Source: Euryarchaeota archaeon UBA561 (GTDB taxonomy: Archaea; Thermoplasmatota; Poseidoniia; Poseidoniales; Poseidoniaceae). From it: a stretch of DNA of 47,485 nt. This document shows, piece by piece, positions 9,501 to 16,901 of the stretch. The position numbers and the translations under genes are program-made. The stretch is from positions 1 to 47,485 of the forward strand of contig DANX01000014.1 of the NCBI GenBank assembly GCA_002502295.1. Direction: 5' to 3'. The notes below the pieces were generated by a model. It searched no databases. It was given only the letters and a program-made list of their open reading frames with translations, and was not told where the DNA came from. Within the stretch, counting starts at the first letter, position 1. Every line of letters starts with the position of its first letter.

Positions 9501-9601
9501 GGAACAACATGGCGAAAAAGCTCGGTCTTATTCGTACCACGGTGGACATGGAAGACGTGATGGATGCTGCTCTGGTCGACGACGACGTTGATGCTTGGTA
9601 A
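6560..9601 (+). CDS. RND/MMPL-superfamily membrane transporter (two 6-TM bundles with large extracytoplasmic domains)
   Basis: Two hydrophobic blocks resemble sterol-sensing/MMPL bundles: 'LVAIGLFVFHSD...GPILLALGVSYGLHITNRY' and 'VMIGSILVGVGVDFSIHIANRIRE'. Each follows a large hydrophilic domain. The start is uncertain (TTG at 6560, or the ATG at 'MKTIDSK'). Confidence 0.6.
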   Translation: MASDVDETKPSTTEAPESKSFGNARLNAITEKSRAVRNQLVGQMKTIDSKRTLDAVLDAPKRFKREWQKTGATGAITKFPIPTVLVFLLLTAYFVSQSGFLDNTRFDDDPNNPALNVNGDLEVYLPEGSRVAELIGKVEEDWSTNVMVVYIESTKGNNITNQRILQEISFVENILNPYLSDDSDDVIYILSLSTVLKEVNSSAPRIREAVFTEVGELGCSNDPTDDCPSREFAKEINEAFALTDEQLGGSYEIPSQTTIDLIIGEMYTEENEPSAGLNKLARDIEGGEDGGPDGVLDRAIMAIAVTEDRPAKEIIADTQEVLDVISKMERACVYQDNGEPDEREGMCTWEDLGLSMVLTGPVPITNAVTEFSFKLFWDIFPNAVVLVAIGLFVFHSDLLQAGITGIRPLQGFKVVVIAGLPTLCAVFWTLGLIGATNYEVTMTVIIVGPILLALGVSYGLHITNRYAEEEGSKDEKMRASLTSTGRAVFLSAVTTVIGFISLVFTPMAPIQTVGIALSAGIVIVYFLTMFMVPNLTLILDLKKPKHPPLKAFDVLVDIPVKRNRAVIGVFVFMILLSATVGQANVEENIDLLGMAPETESPVVKMKQYSSEFEAGQVGMILVNANVSGDFNDADVSNDDPVEILKKIDHLESSLNTVENTSAVSVVFLMKSSGVQVTVTGEGVNDLFQLIPCGGNQACEDVKLTANVLLNQSQSLDASFWDLLNDPDQFGLPGSQQSQIFLLDVFYASLTKETREIFVSEDFSRSLIYVDMPFIPVADTAKSVDSVNEQASTFNGRHGESAEELTGVAATAIEVNELIVGSQWTSLGFAIILTLITLAVVFRDIRYSIWTTSPVIATVALQWLVMWRMDVPLSLVTVMIGSILVGVGVDFSIHIANRIRELGGGIQAIRSAAVGTGMSLFEAAVVTSLGMYTAYDIPIPEITPFITVILILLWVAAASALILLPAIFITLEKMGIGAVSGGNNMAKKLGLIRTTVDMEDVMDAALVDDDVDAW

Positions 9602-9639
9602 GCGAGCAGTCCATAGACCCCTTCCTGTTCGGGTAGGTC

Positions 9640-10113
9640 ATGAACCACTGGTTGATGAAGTCAGAACTGGATGTCTATCCGTATTCACAATTGGTTGCTG
9701 ATGGTCAAACCCATTGGGATGGAGTGCGCAACTACCAAGCGAGAAACATGATGCGGGACGCTATGAACACCGGTGATTTGGTCCTGTTTTATCACTCCAA
9801 TACCAAACCTCCTCACGTTGCTGGTGTTGCGCGTGTGGTCCGAGGTGGTTACCCCGATTTCACCTCATGGGATTCCAATGGAAAGTACTTTGATGAAAAA
9901 TCAACACCTGAGAATCCTCGTTGGTTTATGGTTGACATAGAACCGGTGATGGAATTACCCATGGTTTCGCTGCATGCCATGAAGGAAAACCCCAATCTTG
10001 AGGGGATGCCTCTGCTGCAGCGAGGGCAGCGTCTTTCCGTGCAAGCCGTGTCCGCAACGCACTTTGATGAAGTGCTGAAGATGGCCAACGCTCAACGCTC
10101 TGATGTTGAATGA
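9640..10113 (+). CDS. EVE (PUA-like) domain protein
   Basis: 'HWLMKSE...WDGVRNYQARNMMRDAMNTGDLVLFYHSN...HVAGVARVV' is the typical EVE/THYN1-like signature. Length is 157 aa. Confidence 0.75.
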   Translation: MNHWLMKSELDVYPYSQLVADGQTHWDGVRNYQARNMMRDAMNTGDLVLFYHSNTKPPHVAGVARVVRGGYPDFTSWDSNGKYFDEKSTPENPRWFMVDIEPVMELPMVSLHAMKENPNLEGMPLLQRGQRLSVQAVSATHFDEVLKMANAQRSDVE

Positions 10114-10123
10114 AGGTGATGGT

Positions 10124-11347
10124 ATGACCGGTCCCATTCCAGTCTCAAACCGTGCGGCCAACATTGAATACGCCATTCGAGACGTTGTCGTGCCGGCTGT
10201 GGAATTGGAAGCACAAGGCCACGAAATTTTGAAACTCAACATCGGCGACCCCATCGCATATCCTGGCTTACCAACACCGCCTCACATGGTTGAGGCCTAC
10301 GTTGAAGCCCTTCGGAACGGCAAGAATGGCTACTCACCTTCCTACGGACTGCCAGTTCTTCGGGAAGCAATTGCGAAGGATGAGCAGCGAAAAGGATGGA
10401 ACGCAACGTCCGATGACGTGTATGTTTGTCATGGCGTCACAGAGGCACTGCAACTTATTTTTGCCGCCGTGCTTGATGAAGGTACCAAAGTGCTAGCACC
10501 CGGTCCACATTATCCCCCGTACATGGCGTACCCGCAGATGTACGGGGCTGAAACGGTTGAGTATCAGTTGCACAGTGATGATGGTTGGAAACTTGATTTT
10601 GGCGACATTGAAGAGAAAATGGACGACGATGTCCGTTTGCTGGTGCTCATCAATCCAAACAATCCCTGTGGAACGGTCTGTGGGGAGGAGGACATTGATG
10701 CGCTTCTCGCCATCGCACGGAAGTACCCAAACTGCATCGTGGTGGCGGATGAAATTTACGACGGTCTTGATTTTACAGGGCAACACGTATCGGTTGCCAG
10801 TCGAAGTCATGATGTCCCCGTTATCGCCCTTAACGGGGTTTCCAAGGTCTACTATGCCCCTGGTTGGCGCATTGGCTACATGGCGCTTCATGATCCTGCC
10901 AAACGAATGAACAATGTCCGAGATGGTTTGGAGCGCTTGCTCCGTTCCCGATTGTGCGCCTCAACACCGGCACAAATAGGCTACCTTGCTGGCTTGGAAC
11001 AAGACCGAAGCTGGATGGATGGCTACGCAACGCGAGTCAAACAACAGCGGGACCATTGCCTCAAACGCATTGAACAGATCGAAGGTTTGGAAGTTGAACA
11101 ACCCGGTGGGGCTTTTTACATGTTCATCCGTTTGACCGACGAGGCTTGGGCCAATGACGACAAATTGTTCGTTCTTAACCTGCTCCACGAAGAACATGTG
11201 TTGCTCGTCCATGGAAGTGGGTTTTCACCAAGGCTGGGGAAGGGGCATGTCCGGCTGGTCTACTTGGCTGACGTTGAGGTGTTGGATGAAGCATTTGACC
11301 GCATGGACCGGTTCTTGCAAAAGCATCGAACCACCAACATGTCGTAG
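10124..11347 (+). CDS. PLP-dependent class I aminotransferase (alanine/aspartate aminotransferase-like)
   Basis: 'NIGDPIAY', 'LLVLINPNNPCGTV' and the PLP-Lys motif 'LNGVSKVYYAPGWRIGY' are present. I prefer the ATG at 10124, which is preceded by 'GGTGAT' and lies 10 nt after the EVE stop, over the listed 10103 start. Confidence 0.85.
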   Translation: MTGPIPVSNRAANIEYAIRDVVVPAVELEAQGHEILKLNIGDPIAYPGLPTPPHMVEAYVEALRNGKNGYSPSYGLPVLREAIAKDEQRKGWNATSDDVYVCHGVTEALQLIFAAVLDEGTKVLAPGPHYPPYMAYPQMYGAETVEYQLHSDDGWKLDFGDIEEKMDDDVRLLVLINPNNPCGTVCGEEDIDALLAIARKYPNCIVVADEIYDGLDFTGQHVSVASRSHDVPVIALNGVSKVYYAPGWRIGYMALHDPAKRMNNVRDGLERLLRSRLCASTPAQIGYLAGLEQDRSWMDGYATRVKQQRDHCLKRIEQIEGLEVEQPGGAFYMFIRLTDEAWANDDKLFVLNLLHEEHVLLVHGSGFSPRLGKGHVRLVYLADVEVLDEAFDRMDRFLQKHRTTNMS

Positions 11348-11355
11348 GAGAATTG

Positions 11356-14300
11356 ATGAATCAAGGGCCAAGAGGCTTCGACATGGGCCGCAATTCCGTC
11401 GTTGGATTGGCAGTGTTAGCGGCCGTGATTTTTTCCCCCGTGGCTTCTGCATCGACCACATCGACAACCTACAATGCTTCATTCGAGAGTTTTCTGCCGC
11501 TGATTTTGGCATTGATCGTTGCTTACTTTGTTCGCAGATGGTTTATCCCTCAACAACTCAAAAATTTGCAAGTGGCTTTTGAGATTGATGATGACCTGTA
11601 CGAAGTTCACCGAATCACTCGAACCTTGCGGGACTCGCGACGGCTGCTCAAGGTTGGCCGTGTAGGCTACGGTGTTCTTCTGTACATGATGGGGCTCACT
11701 GGGGTTCTCATTCTCATTGCTGAACTCCTGTTGGATGCTGCGGTCTTTTCTCAGCTAAATCTCTATGTGATTGCGACACTTATCCTCATCCCCGTCCTGA
11801 TATCCCCGTGGGAGTCGCTCAACAGTCAACTTGCCTCACGAAGACGTGATGTTCGCTCATCGGTCAGTGCCGACCTCATTCGGCGCGTGTTTACCCTCGC
11901 TCTCCTCCTCATCATTACCTTCTTGGTTCTGGCGTACGGTGTCCAAGTTGAGGGTTCGCTAACACCCACATGGTTGGCTTTTGCCATGTTGGCCTTCATG
12001 GCACCGACAATCATTGCGTACGGTCGAATCATGGGTGCTTCTTGGAACATGCTTCTCATCAACAAATGGCGAACGACACGAGGTCGTAAAAATCCAATCG
12101 ATCCAGACAAAAATGGTTTCATCGGGCGTATATTTTCTTTCCTGCTTGTCCTCTTCCTTTTAACGATGCCCATTACGGCACTTAACGGCATATTGACGGT
12201 GTTTTATGTCATGATTAACGCTCCTCCAAATTCCGAAGAAATCCTCAATTACGGTGGCATTATTGGCTACTCGCTGTTCGTCCGCATCGATGCGATTTCG
12301 GAATTTTTGTTTCACTGGGAATTCATCAAATCGTTGCCTCAATTCCTTTCTCTTTACCTTACACTCAACATTGCTATTGTCGGCTTGGCGTTTATTTTTG
12401 AATTGACGCGCAACCTCATCCTTGGAGGTCAAACCTTCGGTGGTATGTTCGGTGTGGTTTTGGACACGCCCCGTGAAATTCGAGCTGAAAAATCGGCTCA
12501 AGCGAGGCAACTCACGTTTGCATTTGCTGGATTCTCAGGATACACCGTTCTCCTGCTCATTCTTGTCTGTTACAAGGAATTTGGCTCGCTGATGCCGCTC
12601 ACCACCACGCTGGAAGCGAATGACTTCGATGAAGAAATGCGTCTGCTCACCGTTTGGCTGTTCATTGCTGTTGGTCAACTCATTTTCCTCATGACCTGGT
12701 TGCTTTCAATCAGCAAGTTTGGGCATCTCGTCAGCCTTCGTTTTGACTTGAACCCCGACGAACGCCGTGAAGGAGCCGTTCTCCTCGAGGGCGGAGACCG
12801 CTTGAAAAACTTGGTAGAAAATGCAGCCTTTAATGAGGATTTAGACATGTTAATTCGTATTCAGACGCACGATTTCCCTGGTGATCAAGCGCTGATACGT
12901 CAGGAACAATCCCGTGCATCCATGTGGGAAAAGTCGCTTCGGGGTTTGTGGCCTGAGGCCATTGAAGAGAGTCGGAAACTCCTCGCCCAATCCGGAGGAG
13001 ACAACGACGAAGCCAGGATGCTCATCGCAACCGGCTACATGGCGCTGCGACGTTTGGACGCCGCTCGAGAGGCTCTGCATGGGTTGCAACAACCAGAAGG
13101 CTACGATGAACCCGAAATTCTCTCTTTCATCTGTGAATGGCTTGATCCTTGGAACGGTGCGGTGACAGAGGACGACATATGGGACTGGGAAAACAATTCG
13201 ACCATTGACTACCTCCAAATGTTGCAGACCATGATGAAGACATGGAAGCCTCAACCCACTGAAATGATGGTCCACAATGACAAACTCTCTCAGACTGGTC
13301 AACTTTCCATGGTTGCTCTTCTTCGAGGTCAACGAAGGTACGATGAAGCCCTGCAGCTGGCCATTTCACTTGTCCGTTCCGATCCGATTGGTGTTCGTCC
13401 TCGCCTCGCAGTCGCTCTTTGCCTTTTGGACACTGGACAATGGCACGACGCAAAAACCGTCCTTGATGAACTCATCAAAAGCGACAGCAAAGACCCAAGG
13501 GTCCAGGCATTGGCTGTCATCTTTGGATACGGCACAAAAGGACGAGAACACATGGAGGTCTCTTTGCTGCTTGACGACAGGAAGGAGACGAAGAAGTGGA
13601 TGGACGCTGCTCCAGTAAACGCTTACGCCGCCCTCCTCCAAAAAGGCGGGCTTGATGAAGCCATGAACGCAAACGTCCTCATCGCCGCCCACGAGGCAAC
13701 AAGGCGGGCCGTACCACCGAGGTATTCTCCTGGTATTCTGTCAGGCGTGTTCCAATACCTGGTACTCATCCCCGTATGGTTTGTGATGGGCATTCTCGCC
13801 TATCAGGAAATCGGTGATGTTGAGGGTTTAGCAGTGCTTGGCAGCTTGCTCTTTGCGCATTTCTCCTACCGGCGGGTTGCTCGGCAACAGGAACACCAAA
13901 TACGGCATCGAGATCAGCGCGGGATGATCAAATACGCCCGGCGCCTCAAGCGATTCAAGGCCGTCCCTGAAGCCAGTAATATTCCGATTGGGAACCATCT
14001 GCTGTTGAGCGGAATCCTTGTAACGGTGAACGGGGTTGTCCTCGATATCGGTTATCCTGCATGGATGTTCGAACGTCTACCAAAAGAACAGGACAAGAAA
14101 GTTCGGCAACGTCTTCGCAAGCGTAGCGTAGCCCTCGAGAAAGGAAAAACTCCTCGGGTGTCAACCCTCGGGAAAGCTTGGTGGCTAAAGCGGCCAAAAG
14201 AGCACGGTGAAGCCGGCCCTCTGCTGGAGCGCGCCATCGGTCCAGTTGCATACCGGGGACGCACCAATTACACCCGCAAGAAGGAGCCAAGGGCCTTAAA

Positions 14301-14379
14301 CGACGCAGCAGAAGGAAAAGAAACTCCGCTCCAAAAACGGTTCATTCCGCGAAACACCATACGGTCCGAACGCTCCTGA
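11356..14379 (+). CDS. Large polytopic membrane protein with a central TPR-like soluble region and a basic C-terminal tail; function unknown
   Basis: It has a signal/TM N-terminus and at least 10 hydrophobic segments in the first ~470 aa. A helical-repeat region follows ('RRLDAAREAL...', 'RRYDEALQLAISLVRSDP...GQWHDAKTVLDELIK'), then more TM segments and a Lys/Arg-rich tail. An AGGAG lies 5 nt upstream of the ATG at 11356. Confidence 0.55.
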   Translation: MNQGPRGFDMGRNSVVGLAVLAAVIFSPVASASTTSTTYNASFESFLPLILALIVAYFVRRWFIPQQLKNLQVAFEIDDDLYEVHRITRTLRDSRRLLKVGRVGYGVLLYMMGLTGVLILIAELLLDAAVFSQLNLYVIATLILIPVLISPWESLNSQLASRRRDVRSSVSADLIRRVFTLALLLIITFLVLAYGVQVEGSLTPTWLAFAMLAFMAPTIIAYGRIMGASWNMLLINKWRTTRGRKNPIDPDKNGFIGRIFSFLLVLFLLTMPITALNGILTVFYVMINAPPNSEEILNYGGIIGYSLFVRIDAISEFLFHWEFIKSLPQFLSLYLTLNIAIVGLAFIFELTRNLILGGQTFGGMFGVVLDTPREIRAEKSAQARQLTFAFAGFSGYTVLLLILVCYKEFGSLMPLTTTLEANDFDEEMRLLTVWLFIAVGQLIFLMTWLLSISKFGHLVSLRFDLNPDERREGAVLLEGGDRLKNLVENAAFNEDLDMLIRIQTHDFPGDQALIRQEQSRASMWEKSLRGLWPEAIEESRKLLAQSGGDNDEARMLIATGYMALRRLDAAREALHGLQQPEGYDEPEILSFICEWLDPWNGAVTEDDIWDWENNSTIDYLQMLQTMMKTWKPQPTEMMVHNDKLSQTGQLSMVALLRGQRRYDEALQLAISLVRSDPIGVRPRLAVALCLLDTGQWHDAKTVLDELIKSDSKDPRVQALAVIFGYGTKGREHMEVSLLLDDRKETKKWMDAAPVNAYAALLQKGGLDEAMNANVLIAAHEATRRAVPPRYSPGILSGVFQYLVLIPVWFVMGILAYQEIGDVEGLAVLGSLLFAHFSYRRVARQQEHQIRHRDQRGMIKYARRLKRFKAVPEASNIPIGNHLLLSGILVTVNGVVLDIGYPAWMFERLPKEQDKKVRQRLRKRSVALEKGKTPRVSTLGKAWWLKRPKEHGEAGPLLERAIGPVAYRGRTNYTRKKEPRALNDAAEGKETPLQKRFIPRNTIRSERS

Positions 14380-14437
14380 TTCACTCTCATATCCGACCTA
14401 ACGAGGGTTCAAAGACTGCCGAAACCACCGTGCAAGT

Positions 14438-15751
14438 ATGGACCAGCGTCAAGGTGCATGGAGTGCATCTGCAAAGCACAAAGAATTCGCAGAAACAGTC
14501 AGCCAAGCCGTTCAATCAAGCGGAGATCTCTACCGTCTAGGATTGGGCATGATCGCTTCGGAAAACATCGTTTCTCCCGCTGTCAGAAACATTGTCTCCA
14601 GCGATTTGCACGGCCGCTATGCAGAGGGGCTTCCTGGCAAACGCTACTACCAGGGATGCGATGATTTTGACACCATTGAAGCCTTGGGGATTGATCTCGC
14701 CCAGCAGGTGTTTGGAGCGAACTTTGCAAACATCCAATCCACGTCCGGGACGGTCTCAAACATTGGTGCTCTCAAGGCACTGGCTAAGCCGGGCGATGCC
14801 ATAACAGCTGTTTCCACCGCTGACGGTGGTCACATTTCTCACGCACGGATGGGGGCAGTGGGACTGCGGGACCTTAACCTGACAACGTATCCGTGGAACG
14901 AAGACCGCATGGAACCCGACATTGATGCTGCGTGCAAGACCATTCGTGAGGTTGAACCCAAAGTAGCTCTGTTTGGTCAATCGGTCTTTCTGTTTCCAAC
15001 CCCGCTTGAAGAAATGGCTGCAGCTGCAAAGGAAGTTGGTGCTTCGGTTATGTACGACGGAGCCCACGTTTTGGGCTTGATTGCCGGCGGTCAATTTCAA
15101 GATCCACTCCGGGAAGGAGCCGACCTCATGACCGGTTCGAGTCACAAAACATTTCCTGGTCCACAGGGCGGATTTTTGCTTTCTTCTTCGGAAGACGAGA
15201 CGTTCCAACGACGGTTGAACAACGCCATGTTCCCCGGCGTATGTTCTTCGTACCATCTTCACCATGTTGCGGGCAAAGTGATGGCCCTCGCTGAGTTCAT
15301 GGAATACGGTGAAGCCTACGCCCGGGATACGGTTTCTAATGCACAAGCATTTGCCGAAGCGTTGGCCTCAGAAGGGTTTGACGTGCTGGCTGAAAGCCGT
15401 GGATACACGGCATCGCATCAAGTGTTGACCCGACACGGCGAGTTGGATTCTGGTGCTGGAGCACGAGCGGCTAAGCGTCTTGAGGAAGCCGGCATCATAA
15501 CGAACATGAACATGCTCCCAGGCGATACCAAAGCGATGACTCCATCCGGTTTGCGGCTCGGTGTTCAAGAGCTGACTCGGGTTGGTTTCACCAACGACGA
15601 CATGCAAGATGTCGCTCGATTTTATGCTCGAGTCTTGCTCCAAGAGGAAGATACCAACCACGTGCGGAAAGACGTTCAAGCCCTGAAAAGTGAACGTCAG
15701 ACCATACGCTATTGTTTCAATGAAGAGGGACATTCGGGTTATCCAGTTTGA
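14438..15751 (+). CDS. glyA: Serine hydroxymethyltransferase
   Basis: 'MIASENIVSPAVR...LHGRYAEGLPGKRYYQGC' and the PLP-Lys motif 'TGSSHKTFPGPQGG'. Confidence 0.93.
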   Translation: MDQRQGAWSASAKHKEFAETVSQAVQSSGDLYRLGLGMIASENIVSPAVRNIVSSDLHGRYAEGLPGKRYYQGCDDFDTIEALGIDLAQQVFGANFANIQSTSGTVSNIGALKALAKPGDAITAVSTADGGHISHARMGAVGLRDLNLTTYPWNEDRMEPDIDAACKTIREVEPKVALFGQSVFLFPTPLEEMAAAAKEVGASVMYDGAHVLGLIAGGQFQDPLREGADLMTGSSHKTFPGPQGGFLLSSSEDETFQRRLNNAMFPGVCSSYHLHHVAGKVMALAEFMEYGEAYARDTVSNAQAFAEALASEGFDVLAESRGYTASHQVLTRHGELDSGAGARAAKRLEEAGIITNMNMLPGDTKAMTPSGLRLGVQELTRVGFTNDDMQDVARFYARVLLQEEDTNHVRKDVQALKSERQTIRYCFNEEGHSGYPV

Positions 15752-15763
15752 TGGGGTGTTCCG

Positions 15764-16786
15764 ATGGGGAACCCAGCCGTCCATACCCTCGAAGCCTTCA
15801 CGTTTGGTTCGGAAGGTTTGTTTTTTGATGCCATCGGTGAACCCTGCCTCCTGCTCGGGACGGTTGAATTCCAGAATTTCGTTCATGCGCTGGATGAATC
15901 GTTTGAGGCCCCTCTCGGGCGACGTCTCATCTACGCTGCAACAGACTCTGAGGAACGCGCCATCAACGGCGGAGATGCCTTTCAATTCGGTCGTTGGTTC
16001 GGAAAGCGCCGCGCTGAACAAGCCCTGAAAGCACGAGCTAAGTCCATGGGTTGGGGATGGATCGAACGCCAGCAAATTCTTGGGCCTGCCCACGATGGTT
16101 TGTGCGTCGGTTTTTCGCTTGCGCACGCCGAACATCTCTCCCAATCACGCCACGAATTGGAGTGGAATCAACGCACTCCTGAACTCATTCAAACGACGTT
16201 CAAGACAAAGCAGGGTGATATGCTCCCTGCTCCTCCTTCCGTCCGATTAAACTGGTCGGACACGTCCAGTGAAACTTCTGCTCTTGAGGTTGTGGAACTT
16301 GACCTTGATGTGCGCGAGGCAACCTTCTTTTGCGGCGAAGCCAGGTCATTTTTTGTTCCTACTGAGATGATGCATCATTTGATTGCCGGTCTCTGCGGTC
16401 GCCCGGTTGGGGATACACCCTCCCTCGAGATTGCCCATGTTGGTGAATTGGAACAGCCCGAAGTTTTCAGGGCCGTTGTTCACGCTGCAATGACGGCCTA
16501 CAACCAAACTGACTTTCCTATTTACCTTCAAACAAAGGATGACTGGTTCGGCCATTTATCGGCAAAGCTTACCATGCGAGGATTCGGAACGGTCGAAGTC
16601 GAAAAAAGCATCTTGGATGGCGATGATATGACGAGGTTTCTGGTTCGCTCGCCTGCACCGGCCATCGTTGCTGGAACCTTGCTCGGTATGTGGCACCGGG
16701 CCCATGGGAAACGATTTGTCGCTTCCTTTCATCTGAATTCATTGGGTTTGGTCGTTGAAGCAGCAGAACCCACCGTGGATTATTGA
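15764..16786 (+). CDS. Hypothetical protein with an internal two-module duplication (possibly V4R-like)
   Basis: It starts 12 nt after the glyA stop. The N-terminal half ('GLFFDAIGEPCLLLGTVEFQNFVHAL') and the C-terminal half ('ATFFCGEARSFFVPTEMMHHLIAGL') look like repeats of one module. The V4R assignment is a weak by-eye guess. Confidence 0.45.
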   Translation: MGNPAVHTLEAFTFGSEGLFFDAIGEPCLLLGTVEFQNFVHALDESFEAPLGRRLIYAATDSEERAINGGDAFQFGRWFGKRRAEQALKARAKSMGWGWIERQQILGPAHDGLCVGFSLAHAEHLSQSRHELEWNQRTPELIQTTFKTKQGDMLPAPPSVRLNWSDTSSETSALEVVELDLDVREATFFCGEARSFFVPTEMMHHLIAGLCGRPVGDTPSLEIAHVGELEQPEVFRAVVHAAMTAYNQTDFPIYLQTKDDWFGHLSAKLTMRGFGTVEVEKSILDGDDMTRFLVRSPAPAIVAGTLLGMWHRAHGKRFVASFHLNSLGLVVEAAEPTVDY

Positions 16787-16901
16787 AAGAAAGCGCACCT
16801 ACCTCGCTCTTTTGGGACCTCACATCGTGCTCATCTTTGGTCAAGGTTCATAACCGAACCAATGCCTCGGAGAATTAGCACAACAGTGCTGGGTGTCACA
16901 G

